Of a DNA stretch of 54,089 nucleotides, positions 27,017 through 36,400 are shown one piece after another. Every line of letters starts with the position of its first letter. Position 1 is the first letter of the stretch. The translations under genes were made by a program, and so were the position numbers. The notes under the pieces were generated by a model. That model saw only the letters and a program-made list of their open reading frames with translations, did not search any database and had not been told where the DNA came from. This DNA comes from a virus (lineage: Duplodnaviria > Caudoviricetes), in IMG/VR virus record IMGVR_UViG_3300025141_000127, positions 1 to 54,089 of that record; one strand, 5' to 3'.

Positions 27017-27036
27017 GCCCCCGAAGGGGCGGCCCG

Positions 27037-27300
27037 CTAGGGCTGGGTGATCAGCTTCACCAGAAGCAGGGTGATTGCGTCGTCGTTGGCCGGGTTGTAC
27101 CGGGCCAGAGCCTCCTCCAGCGTGACGCCTTGCAGGTACTTCCGCAGGTAGATGTGGACGAACTCCGTGCTGAGATCCGTCGTCGGGCCTTCGTGGTGGC
27201 GACGGGGCTCGGTGCTGCCGAGGGCGTCCTCGTAGGTGAGGTTGGCCGTGGCTGGCACGAAGGTGATGTCGGCGGTGTCGAGAATGGATTGGAGTGTCAT
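27037..27300 (-). CDS. Hypothetical early protein (87 aa)
   Basis: GAGGACAC RBS before ATG 27300. Confidence 0.6.
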   Translation of the reverse strand: MTLQSILDTADITFVPATANLTYEDALGSTEPRRHHEGPTTDLSTEFVHIYLRKYLQGVTLEEALARYNPANDDAITLLLVKLITQP

Positions 27301-27329
27301 GGTGTGTGTCCTCAAAGGTTGGTTGGTGA

Positions 27330-27515
27330 TCAGGAGATGAAGGCGTTCTTGTGGAGGATCTGGCGGGTCCGGCCAGTGGCGGGGCAGCAGAGGGTGACCC
27401 AGTCGCCGGTCGCGAGGGAGATGGCCTTGGCCGAGTCCATCGCGGTGAAGATGTTGCCGGTGACCGTGTGAACGGTGTCGGTGTTGTCGGTGATGGTGAA
27501 CAGCTTGATGCGCAT
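27330..27515 (-). CDS. Hypothetical early protein, first gene of leftward operon
   Basis: 61-aa ORF with GGGGG RBS; codon style matches neighbours. Confidence 0.55.
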   Translation of the reverse strand: MRIKLFTITDNTDTVHTVTGNIFTAMDSAKAISLATGDWVTLCCPATGRTRQILHKNAFIS

Positions 27516-28195
27516 GGATGGCCCCCAGAAGAAAAGAGAAGAGATTCAGAATGTGGACGCTCTTTGGCGTACTAGTAGTGTAGGCGCAAACGGGCCGGGT
27601 CAGAGGAAGGGCCTGTAAAGCTGGGCCGGCAGCGGGTTTAGAAAAGTTGTAAACTCTTGCATGACACGGGTTTCGGGGGCCTCCCGACGATCGGGGGCCT
27701 CGCGATATTCGGCGTTCTACCGTGGAGCCAACTCAACGGGCAAACGCCAGCTTTCGGGCGAAAATGGGGGTGATCGCGAACGGGCCAACGCCGGCTTTCG
27801 TGAGGTGAGCTTGGCCGGGTCGCCCTGATCAGGAGCCCGACTTCGGAGCCAGCTTGCTCGCAAACCTGATCAGGATGGGACGAGACCACCACATGTAGGA
27901 GAGGGGTCCGCGACACCCTTCCGAGCGACACCCCAACGACCCGTTCAGACACCCCCACCGGAGAGGGAGTACACGCCGGATGCACTGCACCACATGAGGG
28001 GGCGACCACTACCGGTTGAGAGCCCCCAAATGGGGTGTTCTGGCCCGCAGAAGATGGTGCCCGCGAGGGGGGTCGAGTCGAGGTCGAGGGCTCCCGAGGT
28101 GGGCGGGCGGCGCAACGGACCATCCCCCTTTTTCGCAAAAAAAATTCTATTACTGGGTTACTGCCTCAACATGACGGCGGTTTTTGACATTTTCT

Positions 28196-28485
28196 TGTCT
28201 ACGCTTGTCTACGCTTTGTCTACACCCTAGCGAGGCAAAGTGTAGACAGATTATCCCAGCTTAATCCTTTACTATGGCCCAATGTCTACGTTGTCTACGG
28301 TGTCTACACCCTACATTCAATCAATCCCATATATATAAAGATAGTACCCCCCTATATGGTACTACCCCGAAACAGCTACAGAACTCATAATAGGGAAAAA
28401 AGCGTAGACAGTGTAGACAACTAGCCATATGCCCGCTGCAAGCTGAACTATCGTGTCTACGCTAAAACGTAGCAAAGTGTAGACA
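28196..28485. repeat. Iteron cluster, putative replication origin
   Basis: 11 copies of TGTCTAC: direct at 28196, 28206, 28217, 28283, 28292, 28301, 28454; inverted at 28242, 28404, 28413, 28479; AT-rich core; upstream of primase-helicase. Confidence 0.75.
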
Positions 28486-28573
28486 TCCAAGGCTGTCGTC
28501 TATGTCGTGCCCTGTCACCCCTTGCACACCTACGACGGCTATGTTACTTGGGCTGGGACAGAGGAGGGAGATA

Positions 28574-28792
28574 ATGTCATCAAATGTGCTTCTTTCTGTC
28601 GTAGAGGTAGCCCAGCGTTTGCGGGTTAGCTCTAGGACAGTGCAACGTTTAATCAGGTCGCAGCAGCTAAGGGCCTATCGCGTCGGGCGACAACTTAGGA
28701 TACCGGAGTTGGCCATCACGGAGTTGTTGCGGAACACGCGCTTCGACGATGATGAGTTTGAGAAGATTCAGGCCGCTGAAGCGTTGTTCTAG
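28574..28792 (+). CDS. Excisionase-like (HTH_17/MerR-type) DNA-binding protein
   Basis: LLSVVEVAQRLRVSSRTVQRLIRSQQLRAYRVGRQLRIP; GGAGG RBS. Confidence 0.85.
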   Translation: MSSNVLLSVVEVAQRLRVSSRTVQRLIRSQQLRAYRVGRQLRIPELAITELLRNTRFDDDEFEKIQAAEALF

Positions 28793-28800
28793 GGGGGAGT

Positions 28801-31311
28801 ATGAAGGACAAGTCAGGCGAGACCCGCATCCTGCGCGGTCTTGAGAAGGTACTGCGCCCGAATCAGGTGGTAGAATTACGCGCACTAGGGGTAGAGACGG
28901 CGGAGGGTTACCGGAATCTGAACGGATTCTTTGATGACCACCGCCTTCTAGCGGAGGCAGCAGCACATCTCTGTAGTGAGGGGGCTCGAGGGGTGTACTT
29001 CACGCCGAACCCCCTTAAAGCGGACTTTCACTTGGACGCCCGCAACACACTTGGGGTAGCTCGGCGCGGGTTCGCGGCGACGGATACCGATGTGGAGGAG
29101 ATCCGGTGGATACTCATCGACATCGACCCCTCACGTCCGGCGAACATCTCCAGTACGGAGGAAGAGAAGGAGGGTGCCCTCGCTGTTGCGGGGAAGGTGC
29201 GCGCATTCTTGGAATCGCACGGATGGCCGCAACCATTGTTTGCAGATTCCGGCAATGGCTACCATCTCATGTACCTGTGCGAGGGATTGACGGCGAAAGA
29301 CCACAAGAGGCTGCTTGACCTCCTATCCTTCCGCTTTAATCTGGACGGTGTCGCCGTTGTGGACCAGTCTGTCTACAACCCAAGCCGGATATGGAAGGTT
29401 TACGGTACATACTCAAGGAAAGGGGAAGATGCCCCCAACCGCCCTTGGCCCTTGGCGCATATCATCTCTAAAGTCGCTCCGAAAAAAGCTGTCAAGCAGC
29501 AGCAACTGCAAGCGCTGCTTGCTGATTCTCCAAAGGAGAATAAGCGTGCTATTCTATCCGAGGATGATCAGGAGCGGCTCCAGACTTGGGTCGCTGCGCA
29601 CTTCCCTCAAGCAACCGGGCCAGACCCGTGGCAGGGCAAGGGGCGGCGCTGGGTATTCGACGTGTGTCCTTGGGATCCCTTCCATACAGACCGCAGCGCC
29701 TACATTGTGCAGTTCAATAGCGGGGCAGTCTCCGCCGGGTGCCTGCATAAGAACTGTGCCGGCCACGGAAGGGACGATGATGGCCGCAGTCTGGGCTGGA
29801 GGAGGCTTCAGGAGTTGGCTGGGGACGATTTTGGAGGAGGGGGAGAGGACAACACCCCACCACAGGGCCCGCTGGCCCCATCGTCTTCAGATAACTTTAA
29901 TCTGACGGACCTCGGGAACGCGAAGCGGATGATCTCGTCCTTCGGGGTAAACATGCGCTACTGCCCAACACATGCCTCTTGGTATATCTTTGATGACGCC
30001 AGATGGCAGAGGGACATGGATGGGGCGGTTCAGCGCTACGCGAAATCTTCGGTTGGTTTGATTTTTCAGGACGCCAATGCTGAAACAAACCGTCAGCGCC
30101 AGCGTGCCCTTCAGCGCCACGCCCTCCGCAGTGAGGGGTGCGGCGCGCTCAACTCAATGGTGTCCGTAGCCTCTACCGAAGCTGAAGTTTGTATTCCATC
30201 TTACCGTTTGGACTCTGACCCTTGGCTCTTCAACACATCCAGCGGAACCCTCGACCTTCGCACCGGCGAACTATCTGACCACGACAGGACCGACCTTATC
30301 ACTAAGATCAGCCCCGTTGAATGGGATGTGGACGCGAAGTGCCCCCTCTGGGATGAGTTCATCATGTATGCGATGGAGGAGGATGAGGAAGTCGTCGAGT
30401 TCCTGCACCGCTTCTTTGGTTATTGCTTGACGGGCATGGTCACGGAGCAGGTTCTTCTCTTCATGGAGGGGACAGGAGGAAATGGTAAGACTACTGCCTT
30501 GTTAGTTTTAATGCACATTCTCGGGGAATACTCCATTCAGGGAGCGCCCGGACTTCTGATGGCCAAGCACAACGAATCCCACCCAACGGAGGTGGCTGAC
30601 TTGGAGGGTGCCCGCTTTGTGGCCAACGCCGAAGTCGAGAAGGGCAAGCCCTTTGCGGAGGTGCTGATCAAGCAGTTGACCGGCAGCGACCCCATCCGGG
30701 CTCGTCGGATGCGTATGGACTTTTACCAATTCATGCCCTCCCACAAACTGTGCATCGCGGCGAATCATCGGCCCATCATCAAGGGCAACGATGAGGGAAT
30801 TTGGCGGCGCGTCTTGCGGATCCCTTGGAGAGTAAAAATTCCAGATAGCAAGAAAGACCCCCACTTGGTGGAAAAGCTGAAGAAGGAATCCTCCGGTATT
30901 CTGAATAAGCTGGTTGAAGGCTGCTTATCGTGGCAGAAGGATGGATTGAATCCCCCTCAAAAAGTTCGTGTGGCGACGAATGAATACCGCGAGGAGATGG
31001 ATGTTCTCTCCGAGTACATGGAAGAGAGATGCATTATTGGTAAGGACAGGTCGGTCCCGAAGAAACAGCTTTATATGGACTACGCCGAGTGGTGCGAAGA
31101 CATGAAGCAGCGACCCCAGAGTTACTCTCTGTTCTGCCGCCAGCTATCCGAGAGAGACTACAAGAGTTCCGTGACCAAGGTAATGTTCAATGGGCAGAGA
31201 AAGTCCATTCGGGTTTGGAGGGGCCTCACTTTGGCGCACCTCACTCGCACTGCGGAGTCGCCCGCCAGCGCGATTGTTTCTAAACTTAAATGGGGGGATG
31301 CGGAAGCTTGA
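28801..31311 (+). CDS. Primase-helicase (AEP-like primase, Zn-binding region, D5_N, SF3 helicase; P4 alpha/D5-like)
   Basis: LIDID, SGNGYH, CPW..H...CLHKNC, TDLGNAKR, GTGGNGKTT, IKQLTGSD, IWRR. Confidence 0.92.
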   Translation: MKDKSGETRILRGLEKVLRPNQVVELRALGVETAEGYRNLNGFFDDHRLLAEAAAHLCSEGARGVYFTPNPLKADFHLDARNTLGVARRGFAATDTDVEEIRWILIDIDPSRPANISSTEEEKEGALAVAGKVRAFLESHGWPQPLFADSGNGYHLMYLCEGLTAKDHKRLLDLLSFRFNLDGVAVVDQSVYNPSRIWKVYGTYSRKGEDAPNRPWPLAHIISKVAPKKAVKQQQLQALLADSPKENKRAILSEDDQERLQTWVAAHFPQATGPDPWQGKGRRWVFDVCPWDPFHTDRSAYIVQFNSGAVSAGCLHKNCAGHGRDDDGRSLGWRRLQELAGDDFGGGGEDNTPPQGPLAPSSSDNFNLTDLGNAKRMISSFGVNMRYCPTHASWYIFDDARWQRDMDGAVQRYAKSSVGLIFQDANAETNRQRQRALQRHALRSEGCGALNSMVSVASTEAEVCIPSYRLDSDPWLFNTSSGTLDLRTGELSDHDRTDLITKISPVEWDVDAKCPLWDEFIMYAMEEDEEVVEFLHRFFGYCLTGMVTEQVLLFMEGTGGNGKTTALLVLMHILGEYSIQGAPGLLMAKHNESHPTEVADLEGARFVANAEVEKGKPFAEVLIKQLTGSDPIRARRMRMDFYQFMPSHKLCIAANHRPIIKGNDEGIWRRVLRIPWRVKIPDSKKDPHLVEKLKKESSGILNKLVEGCLSWQKDGLNPPQKVRVATNEYREEMDVLSEYMEERCIIGKDRSVPKKQLYMDYAEWCEDMKQRPQSYSLFCRQLSERDYKSSVTKVMFNGQRKSIRVWRGLTLAHLTRTAESPASAIVSKLKWGDAEA

Positions 31312-31336
31312 CCCAAGCAAGTTACCACCTTAATAC
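31308..31336 (+). promoter_or_regulatory. Candidate sigma70-type late-arm promoter
   Basis: TTGACC-N17-TAATAC ahead of 31355 gene. Confidence 0.35.
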
Positions 31337-31354
31337 CTTTACAGGAGTTTTCTG

Positions 31355-31783
31355 ATGGCTAATCGAACCCGCAGTAATCAGGGCAGAGGTAGGCCGGCGG
31401 AGGGCGGTGGCGGAGATTACGCCCAGTGGCTGATGCTGGTCCCAAAGGACAAGCGTAAAGAAGTCGCCGATTTTATTTTAGATCATACGGTCGAGACCTA
31501 TGATGACCTTGTAGGCTTTGGTTGTAAGATCATGGCCGCCTTGATGGAGGGGAGGATCACCCCCGCCATCGCCAAAGAACTCCGGGCGTGGCACGAAATG
31601 AACTTCACGGTTATTGCTGCTAAGAATGCTACCTCGGATACTCCGCAGGAAACTTATTCCGACATCGTGACTGCGCTTGTGCAGGTGAAGCGAGAGACGA
31701 AGAAGCTCCGGGGAGATTATTTTAACGCAAATGAGCTAGAGGAAACTCGAACTCCCGCCGTATTGGAGGCCAAAAATGGCTGA
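31355..31783 (+). CDS. Hypothetical protein, possible terminase small subunit
   Basis: AGGAG RBS; helical 142 aa with GRGRP; first gene of packaging arm (positional inference). Confidence 0.45.
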   Translation: MANRTRSNQGRGRPAEGGGGDYAQWLMLVPKDKRKEVADFILDHTVETYDDLVGFGCKIMAALMEGRITPAIAKELRAWHEMNFTVIAAKNATSDTPQETYSDIVTALVQVKRETKKLRGDYFNANELEETRTPAVLEAKNG

Positions 31784-32522
31784 CACCTTGACCCCCCTGA
31801 CCCCCGAAGAAACGAAGATGCTGCAAGAGTTGGTTCTTCGTGCGCGCGCCACAATGAGCGAAGAAGATCTGATGAATATGGCGGAAGAGGATTCTGATCT
31901 GGCCTCTGCCACCTCGGAGGCGAAGCAACTGGACGCCACGCGGGGACGGAGCCCAGAGCAGCGCGCGATGAGTCAGGCGCTTGAGGAGCGTTACGCCCGG
32001 ACGGGAGAGGGGCCGGAGATCCAAGAGCCACCAGAGGGCGCTGATTTCGTGGAACCCATTCCGCCTCAATTTCCATTCCAACCCGAGGTCCGCACTCTTC
32101 GGGCCGTTCATTGGCCCCCTGATGGACTGAATCCGAACACACCAGAGCCGGGCACCCCCGAGGCGGACGATGCGGCAGCGGAAGAGTTGTCGGAGATGCC
32201 CTCCATCACGGAGATCTCCCGCAGACTCATGCCCTCCCCCGCTATGGAAAGGATGGATATGAAGGAGCACATGGAGCGGGCGAAGAAGATAGAGACGGCG
32301 GAGCCGATGGAGAAGTTTCCTATGGCGGAAGGAGAGCCCCCTGCGGGTCTGACCGAAGGGGATATAGAAGACACTCGGGAAAGCTTGGCACATCCCTACA
32401 CGCCTGAGTTTAAGGCTCAATTTGAAAAACTTCTCGAGATCGCTAGGCGCGCTCAGGAGAAGGCCCGCCCCGCGTTGAACATGCCGGCTCCCGAAAAAGA
32501 AGGCGCTGAAGAAACGGAGTAG
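31776..32522 (+). CDS. Acidic Pro/Glu-rich protein
   Basis: GGAGG RBS; low complexity; PAGLTEGDIEDTR motif. Confidence 0.6.
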   Translation: MADTLTPLTPEETKMLQELVLRARATMSEEDLMNMAEEDSDLASATSEAKQLDATRGRSPEQRAMSQALEERYARTGEGPEIQEPPEGADFVEPIPPQFPFQPEVRTLRAVHWPPDGLNPNTPEPGTPEADDAAAEELSEMPSITEISRRLMPSPAMERMDMKEHMERAKKIETAEPMEKFPMAEGEPPAGLTEGDIEDTRESLAHPYTPEFKAQFEKLLEIARRAQEKARPALNMPAPEKEGAEETE

Positions 32523-32531
32523 GTAAAGGCC

Positions 32532-35500
32532 ATGTCTGTTAGGAAGTCGCCAAGCCTGTCCATCATGTCTTTTAACGAGGCACTGGAAAACCTAGGCCTC
32601 AAAGCGCGTCCCCCAACGTCGGAGGAGTTGGCGGATAAAGCTCGTCAAGAGGAGGCTTCGCGTGAGGCTGTGCGCGCGGCTCGCCAAGAGGAAGAGGATT
32701 TCGCTGCCTCCGAAGAGGGGCAACGGCAGGCGGCCTACAATCAATCCTTGGCTGATGCAGGGCGCGGTCACTACGCCCCCATCCAAGACCTGTCCCGTGA
32801 AGAAAGGCGCTTTGTTCTCGCTGACCAGTCGAAGGCAACAGAGCGCGCGCTTGCAAAGGAGCTTGGTATTAAGCTCGGAGAACCCCTGACTCCTCGCGGA
32901 GGAATGTCCGGGGCTACCGTGATCCGCAACCCCACCGCTGCCGAAGATCGCGCCCGTGAGAAGGGCATTGCTTATACGGGAGATATCTCTGTCCGTCCGC
33001 TGGGCACACCCAACTACGTCGGGGATATACTGCGTGCTCGCCCGACGATTGTCGCCGAGGCGCTTGCGTACCCCGCATCTGTGTTGGGTGGTATCTATGA
33101 CTTGACCAAGCAGGCTCTTGACTCGAATCCAAACTTGAGTCAGAAAGAGCGACTCGCCATGACAGTTCTTGCCTCTATGGCTTTTATTCCTGTAGTAGGT
33201 AAGGCCGGAGCGACAGCCAAAGAGGTTGCCGAAGAGGCAGCCAAAGAGGCAGCAAAGGCGGGCGCTAAGAAAACCGCCAAAGAGGGGCTGAAAGAAGGCG
33301 TGGAGAAGGTGGCGAAAAAAGGTGCGGCAAACGTAGACCACCTTGTTGACCTAAAAGGCAATCTTCCTCCTCTGAATGCAGACGGAACGATTACACTTTA
33401 TCACCGAACAAGCCCAGAAGCCGCCGCTGAAATCCGTAGAACAGGGACATGGAAGTCTAAAGAAAATACGGGAGAGGTCTTCTTATCTACAAACCCAAAA
33501 GGGCAGGGGTGGGGGTACGGGACTGAAGCGGTAGAGGTGCGCGTTGACCCTAGTCTAGTTCGACTCGATGATGCTTTTGAGGGCGAAGTTCATGTCGCTA
33601 TTCGTGCGGACGATCTAAGCAAAACAGCCGCAAGGGAAGGCGCAGAGAAGGTGGCGAAGGACGTGGTGAAGATTCTGCCCGAAGGGTCTCTCTCTGTTCT
33701 TCGTGAAGGCGACGTGGAAAGTGTTAGGCGCACCCTTGAGGAAATGGGTGTCTCTCCTGCACAGGTAGATGCGCGCATTAAATCCGGTCAGGGCGCTTCT
33801 GACATACCGCTGCTTCTAGATGACCTTCAACTCAAAGCTCGGCAGAGTCGCATTGACGAGCGGAAGGCTGCCATTCTGGGTCGCAAGACCACGGCGCAGC
33901 AGTCCCCAGAACTCATGCAGAAGGCAGCCGAGATCTCGAAAAAGATTGATGTGCCCGAATATATCCCCGGCATCCTTCCCGTCCAAAGCGCTGCCGTATC
34001 TCGAAATGTGCGAGGATTGTCTGACGCGGACGAATTTGCCCAGCAGTCATCGGAGCTATCCCGCATCGCTAAACAAGATGTGGACTTAGCCAAAGACCCG
34101 GCACAGCGCGCGGTTGACCCTGCCACGCTAGAGTTGCCGGATTATGTTCGTAAGTTTGCGTCGGAAAGAAAATACAACCTGACCCCCGACGAAGATGCCG
34201 CCCTTGCCTCCGCTATTAAGAGTAACGGAGGAATAACTTATGATATGTCCGGCAAGGAGGCCCTCGAGACAGGCTACAGCGTGGCACCATTTAAGGCGAC
34301 GGAGTTGCGTCTTGACCCCGGAGACCTTACATCCGCAACTCTCCGGGCGTATGCGCAGTCAATGCATAGGCTTCTGGATGTGGAGGGCGTACATCTTGGT
34401 GCTTGGTTTGACGGTAAGACAAACAAGTATGTTCTTGACGTTTCGTTGGTTGCGCCCAATACCCCCGAAGGCAGACTGCTGGCCTCAAGGTTAGCTAAGA
34501 ATGGCAATCAGGACGCCGTGTTCCATTTGGATACTTTTGATGAGATCAAGACCCGCGATTTGGAGATAGAATATGGAGAAGAAATCCTCTTTGGCGAAAT
34601 CACGCCAGAATATGAAGCTCTTTCACAAGTCATCGAAGGAGTCACTCGACGAATTTCTCCAGAGGATACAGCAGGACTTGCCAAAAAGTACGGACTCAAA
34701 CCCAAAGAAGTAGAGGACATACGCGCCTACCATGAAAAGATGGTGCGGAGCAGATGGAAGAGGGGCGAGGAGGTTGCTCAGGATATTCTTGATCAATATC
34801 CCAATCTCCAAACACCGCCGGGCCCCCTTATAAACTTGACGCTTGTCGCGCCGGACATCGTAAAAAATTCAAAGGCGTCGTTTACTCTTGGTCTGCTCGG
34901 GGAGGATAAGACGCTTCACAGCATTCTCCGTCCAGACGGAACTCCTTACGTCGAGGAGGGAGTCAAGATTGTAAACAATGATGTTTTTGATTTCTTGGGC
35001 GATACCTTTAAGGCCAAGTTTGGGGTCACGGAGGGTCTCGACCTTAAAGATCCTGTCGCAAAGATGATGGTCCAGAACCAACTTCTTGAAGAGTTTGTGA
35101 GTCAGTTTGCCGACACAAAACATTTTTTGAACTGGTATACCGACGACGTTCAGAAGTTTTTGAATACAGCTTCTGAAATCTTCCCCGAGCTAAAAAACAG
35201 CGAAGTGCATCGCATGACGCTGCTGAACATCGCCAGCTATACGTCAAACGGCGTGAATCCTGTTGAGAACGGCAGGTACGCGCTCGCCTCCTACGCCGAG
35301 TTGACGCAGAAAGGCTTTATGACAGGGCGTAATCCGTTCTCCGTTAAAAACGATGTGCTGGCCGGGTATGGAATCCGAGGCCCCACTGTTGAGGTAGGTC
35401 TCAAGTTCTATAGTGAACGGATCAGAAAGCTTGGCATGGACGGGGCCGCGCGGGAACTTCTCGAGTTAGGCAGCGCGAGAAGCATAAGCCAACAACGAGG

Positions 35501-36203
35501 GGCCACCGATCTGTTTAGGGATACCTTTAAGATAGGGCACCCAAAGACATCTATGGATGCGATCATGCCAAACCTGTACGGCAACGGCCCTAAGATTGGA
35601 ACTTATGGCGGTAACTTGGTAGGTATTCCGGGTGTTACTTACGATGTTTGGATGTCTCGACAACTATTGAGCAGGGCCGGATATGGCTCTATGTTAAAAC
35701 AAGTAAAACTCCCAGACGGTCGGGTCGTACATGTTGACCCAAATACTCCCGGCTTCGTAAAGGTGCCCGCAGAGACTATGTTGCTTGGTCAAGAAATTTA
35801 TACCAATATTGCCCGCGCTACTGACTTAGATGACTTTCAGATCCAAGCCCTTCTCTGGTTCTACGAGCAGCGCCTGTATCGGACTCTAGGCATTCCTGCG
35901 GCGAGCGGAAAGCTGTCAACAGGCGCTGTCAAGTTTGCCGAAGAATTGGACAGCCTCCGCTTCCTCACTCCGAATGGTTATGCCGGCACACGGGTTGACC
36001 TGTCGAGTAAAGGGTATCCCATAGGCGCGGGAACCCAAAAGTCTCGCAAATCGCTCGAGTCAGTTCGCGCCCCTAGAGAGAGACTAAAGAGTGGCGAGGC
36101 AGACCTTGGTAAGCGGTTAAAGAAAGAGCGCGCAGACAGAGCAAAGAAGGCTGCGAAGAAGAAGGCGGAAAAAGAAAAGGCAGAGGCAGGGGCGAAGAAA
36201 TGA
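32532..36203 (+). CDS. Large polyvalent protein with ADP-ribosyltransferase-like and HhH-glycosylase-like domains
   Basis: LYHRT...VFLST (ART-like); NWY...GPKIG...VTYDVWMSR...QALLW (HhH-GPD-like). Confidence 0.65.
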   Translation: MSVRKSPSLSIMSFNEALENLGLKARPPTSEELADKARQEEASREAVRAARQEEEDFAASEEGQRQAAYNQSLADAGRGHYAPIQDLSREERRFVLADQSKATERALAKELGIKLGEPLTPRGGMSGATVIRNPTAAEDRAREKGIAYTGDISVRPLGTPNYVGDILRARPTIVAEALAYPASVLGGIYDLTKQALDSNPNLSQKERLAMTVLASMAFIPVVGKAGATAKEVAEEAAKEAAKAGAKKTAKEGLKEGVEKVAKKGAANVDHLVDLKGNLPPLNADGTITLYHRTSPEAAAEIRRTGTWKSKENTGEVFLSTNPKGQGWGYGTEAVEVRVDPSLVRLDDAFEGEVHVAIRADDLSKTAAREGAEKVAKDVVKILPEGSLSVLREGDVESVRRTLEEMGVSPAQVDARIKSGQGASDIPLLLDDLQLKARQSRIDERKAAILGRKTTAQQSPELMQKAAEISKKIDVPEYIPGILPVQSAAVSRNVRGLSDADEFAQQSSELSRIAKQDVDLAKDPAQRAVDPATLELPDYVRKFASERKYNLTPDEDAALASAIKSNGGITYDMSGKEALETGYSVAPFKATELRLDPGDLTSATLRAYAQSMHRLLDVEGVHLGAWFDGKTNKYVLDVSLVAPNTPEGRLLASRLAKNGNQDAVFHLDTFDEIKTRDLEIEYGEEILFGEITPEYEALSQVIEGVTRRISPEDTAGLAKKYGLKPKEVEDIRAYHEKMVRSRWKRGEEVAQDILDQYPNLQTPPGPLINLTLVAPDIVKNSKASFTLGLLGEDKTLHSILRPDGTPYVEEGVKIVNNDVFDFLGDTFKAKFGVTEGLDLKDPVAKMMVQNQLLEEFVSQFADTKHFLNWYTDDVQKFLNTASEIFPELKNSEVHRMTLLNIASYTSNGVNPVENGRYALASYAELTQKGFMTGRNPFSVKNDVLAGYGIRGPTVEVGLKFYSERIRKLGMDGAARELLELGSARSISQQRGATDLFRDTFKIGHPKTSMDAIMPNLYGNGPKIGTYGGNLVGIPGVTYDVWMSRQLLSRAGYGSMLKQVKLPDGRVVHVDPNTPGFVKVPAETMLLGQEIYTNIARATDLDDFQIQALLWFYEQRLYRTLGIPAASGKLSTGAVKFAEELDSLRFLTPNGYAGTRVDLSSKGYPIGAGTQKSRKSLESVRAPRERLKSGEADLGKRLKKERADRAKKAAKKKAEKEKAEAGAKK

Positions 36204-36400
36204 AAAAGATGTCCGTAGAGAGCGCGCTCGCCGAGGCCATGACGGTTAAGCTGGACACCAACATTTCTGCTCTGGCTGAAGAAGGGATTGCTATTCCTAC
36301 GCTTGAAGATCTGGTAAAAAGAAATACGGCGGGCATGGAGAAGCAGCCTCTGTCTCCCCGAGAGCTTAGACAAACCGCTGCCAAGAAGGCGCTCGAGTGA
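36200..36400 (+). CDS. Hypothetical protein
   Basis: ATGA and GTGA overlaps on both sides. Confidence 0.55.
   Translation: MKKMSVESALAEAMTVKLDTNISALAEEGIAIPTLEDLVKRNTAGMEKQPLSPRELRQTAAKKALE

Noticed and set aside
17140-28535. Possible TTG-N3-5-CTAC promoter motif ahead of several operons
   Set aside because: Spacing varies and the motif is too short to separate from chance by eye
28574-28792. Excisionase implying a temperate lifestyle
   Set aside because: No integrase or repressor recognised; stand-alone HTH_17 genes are common beside primases
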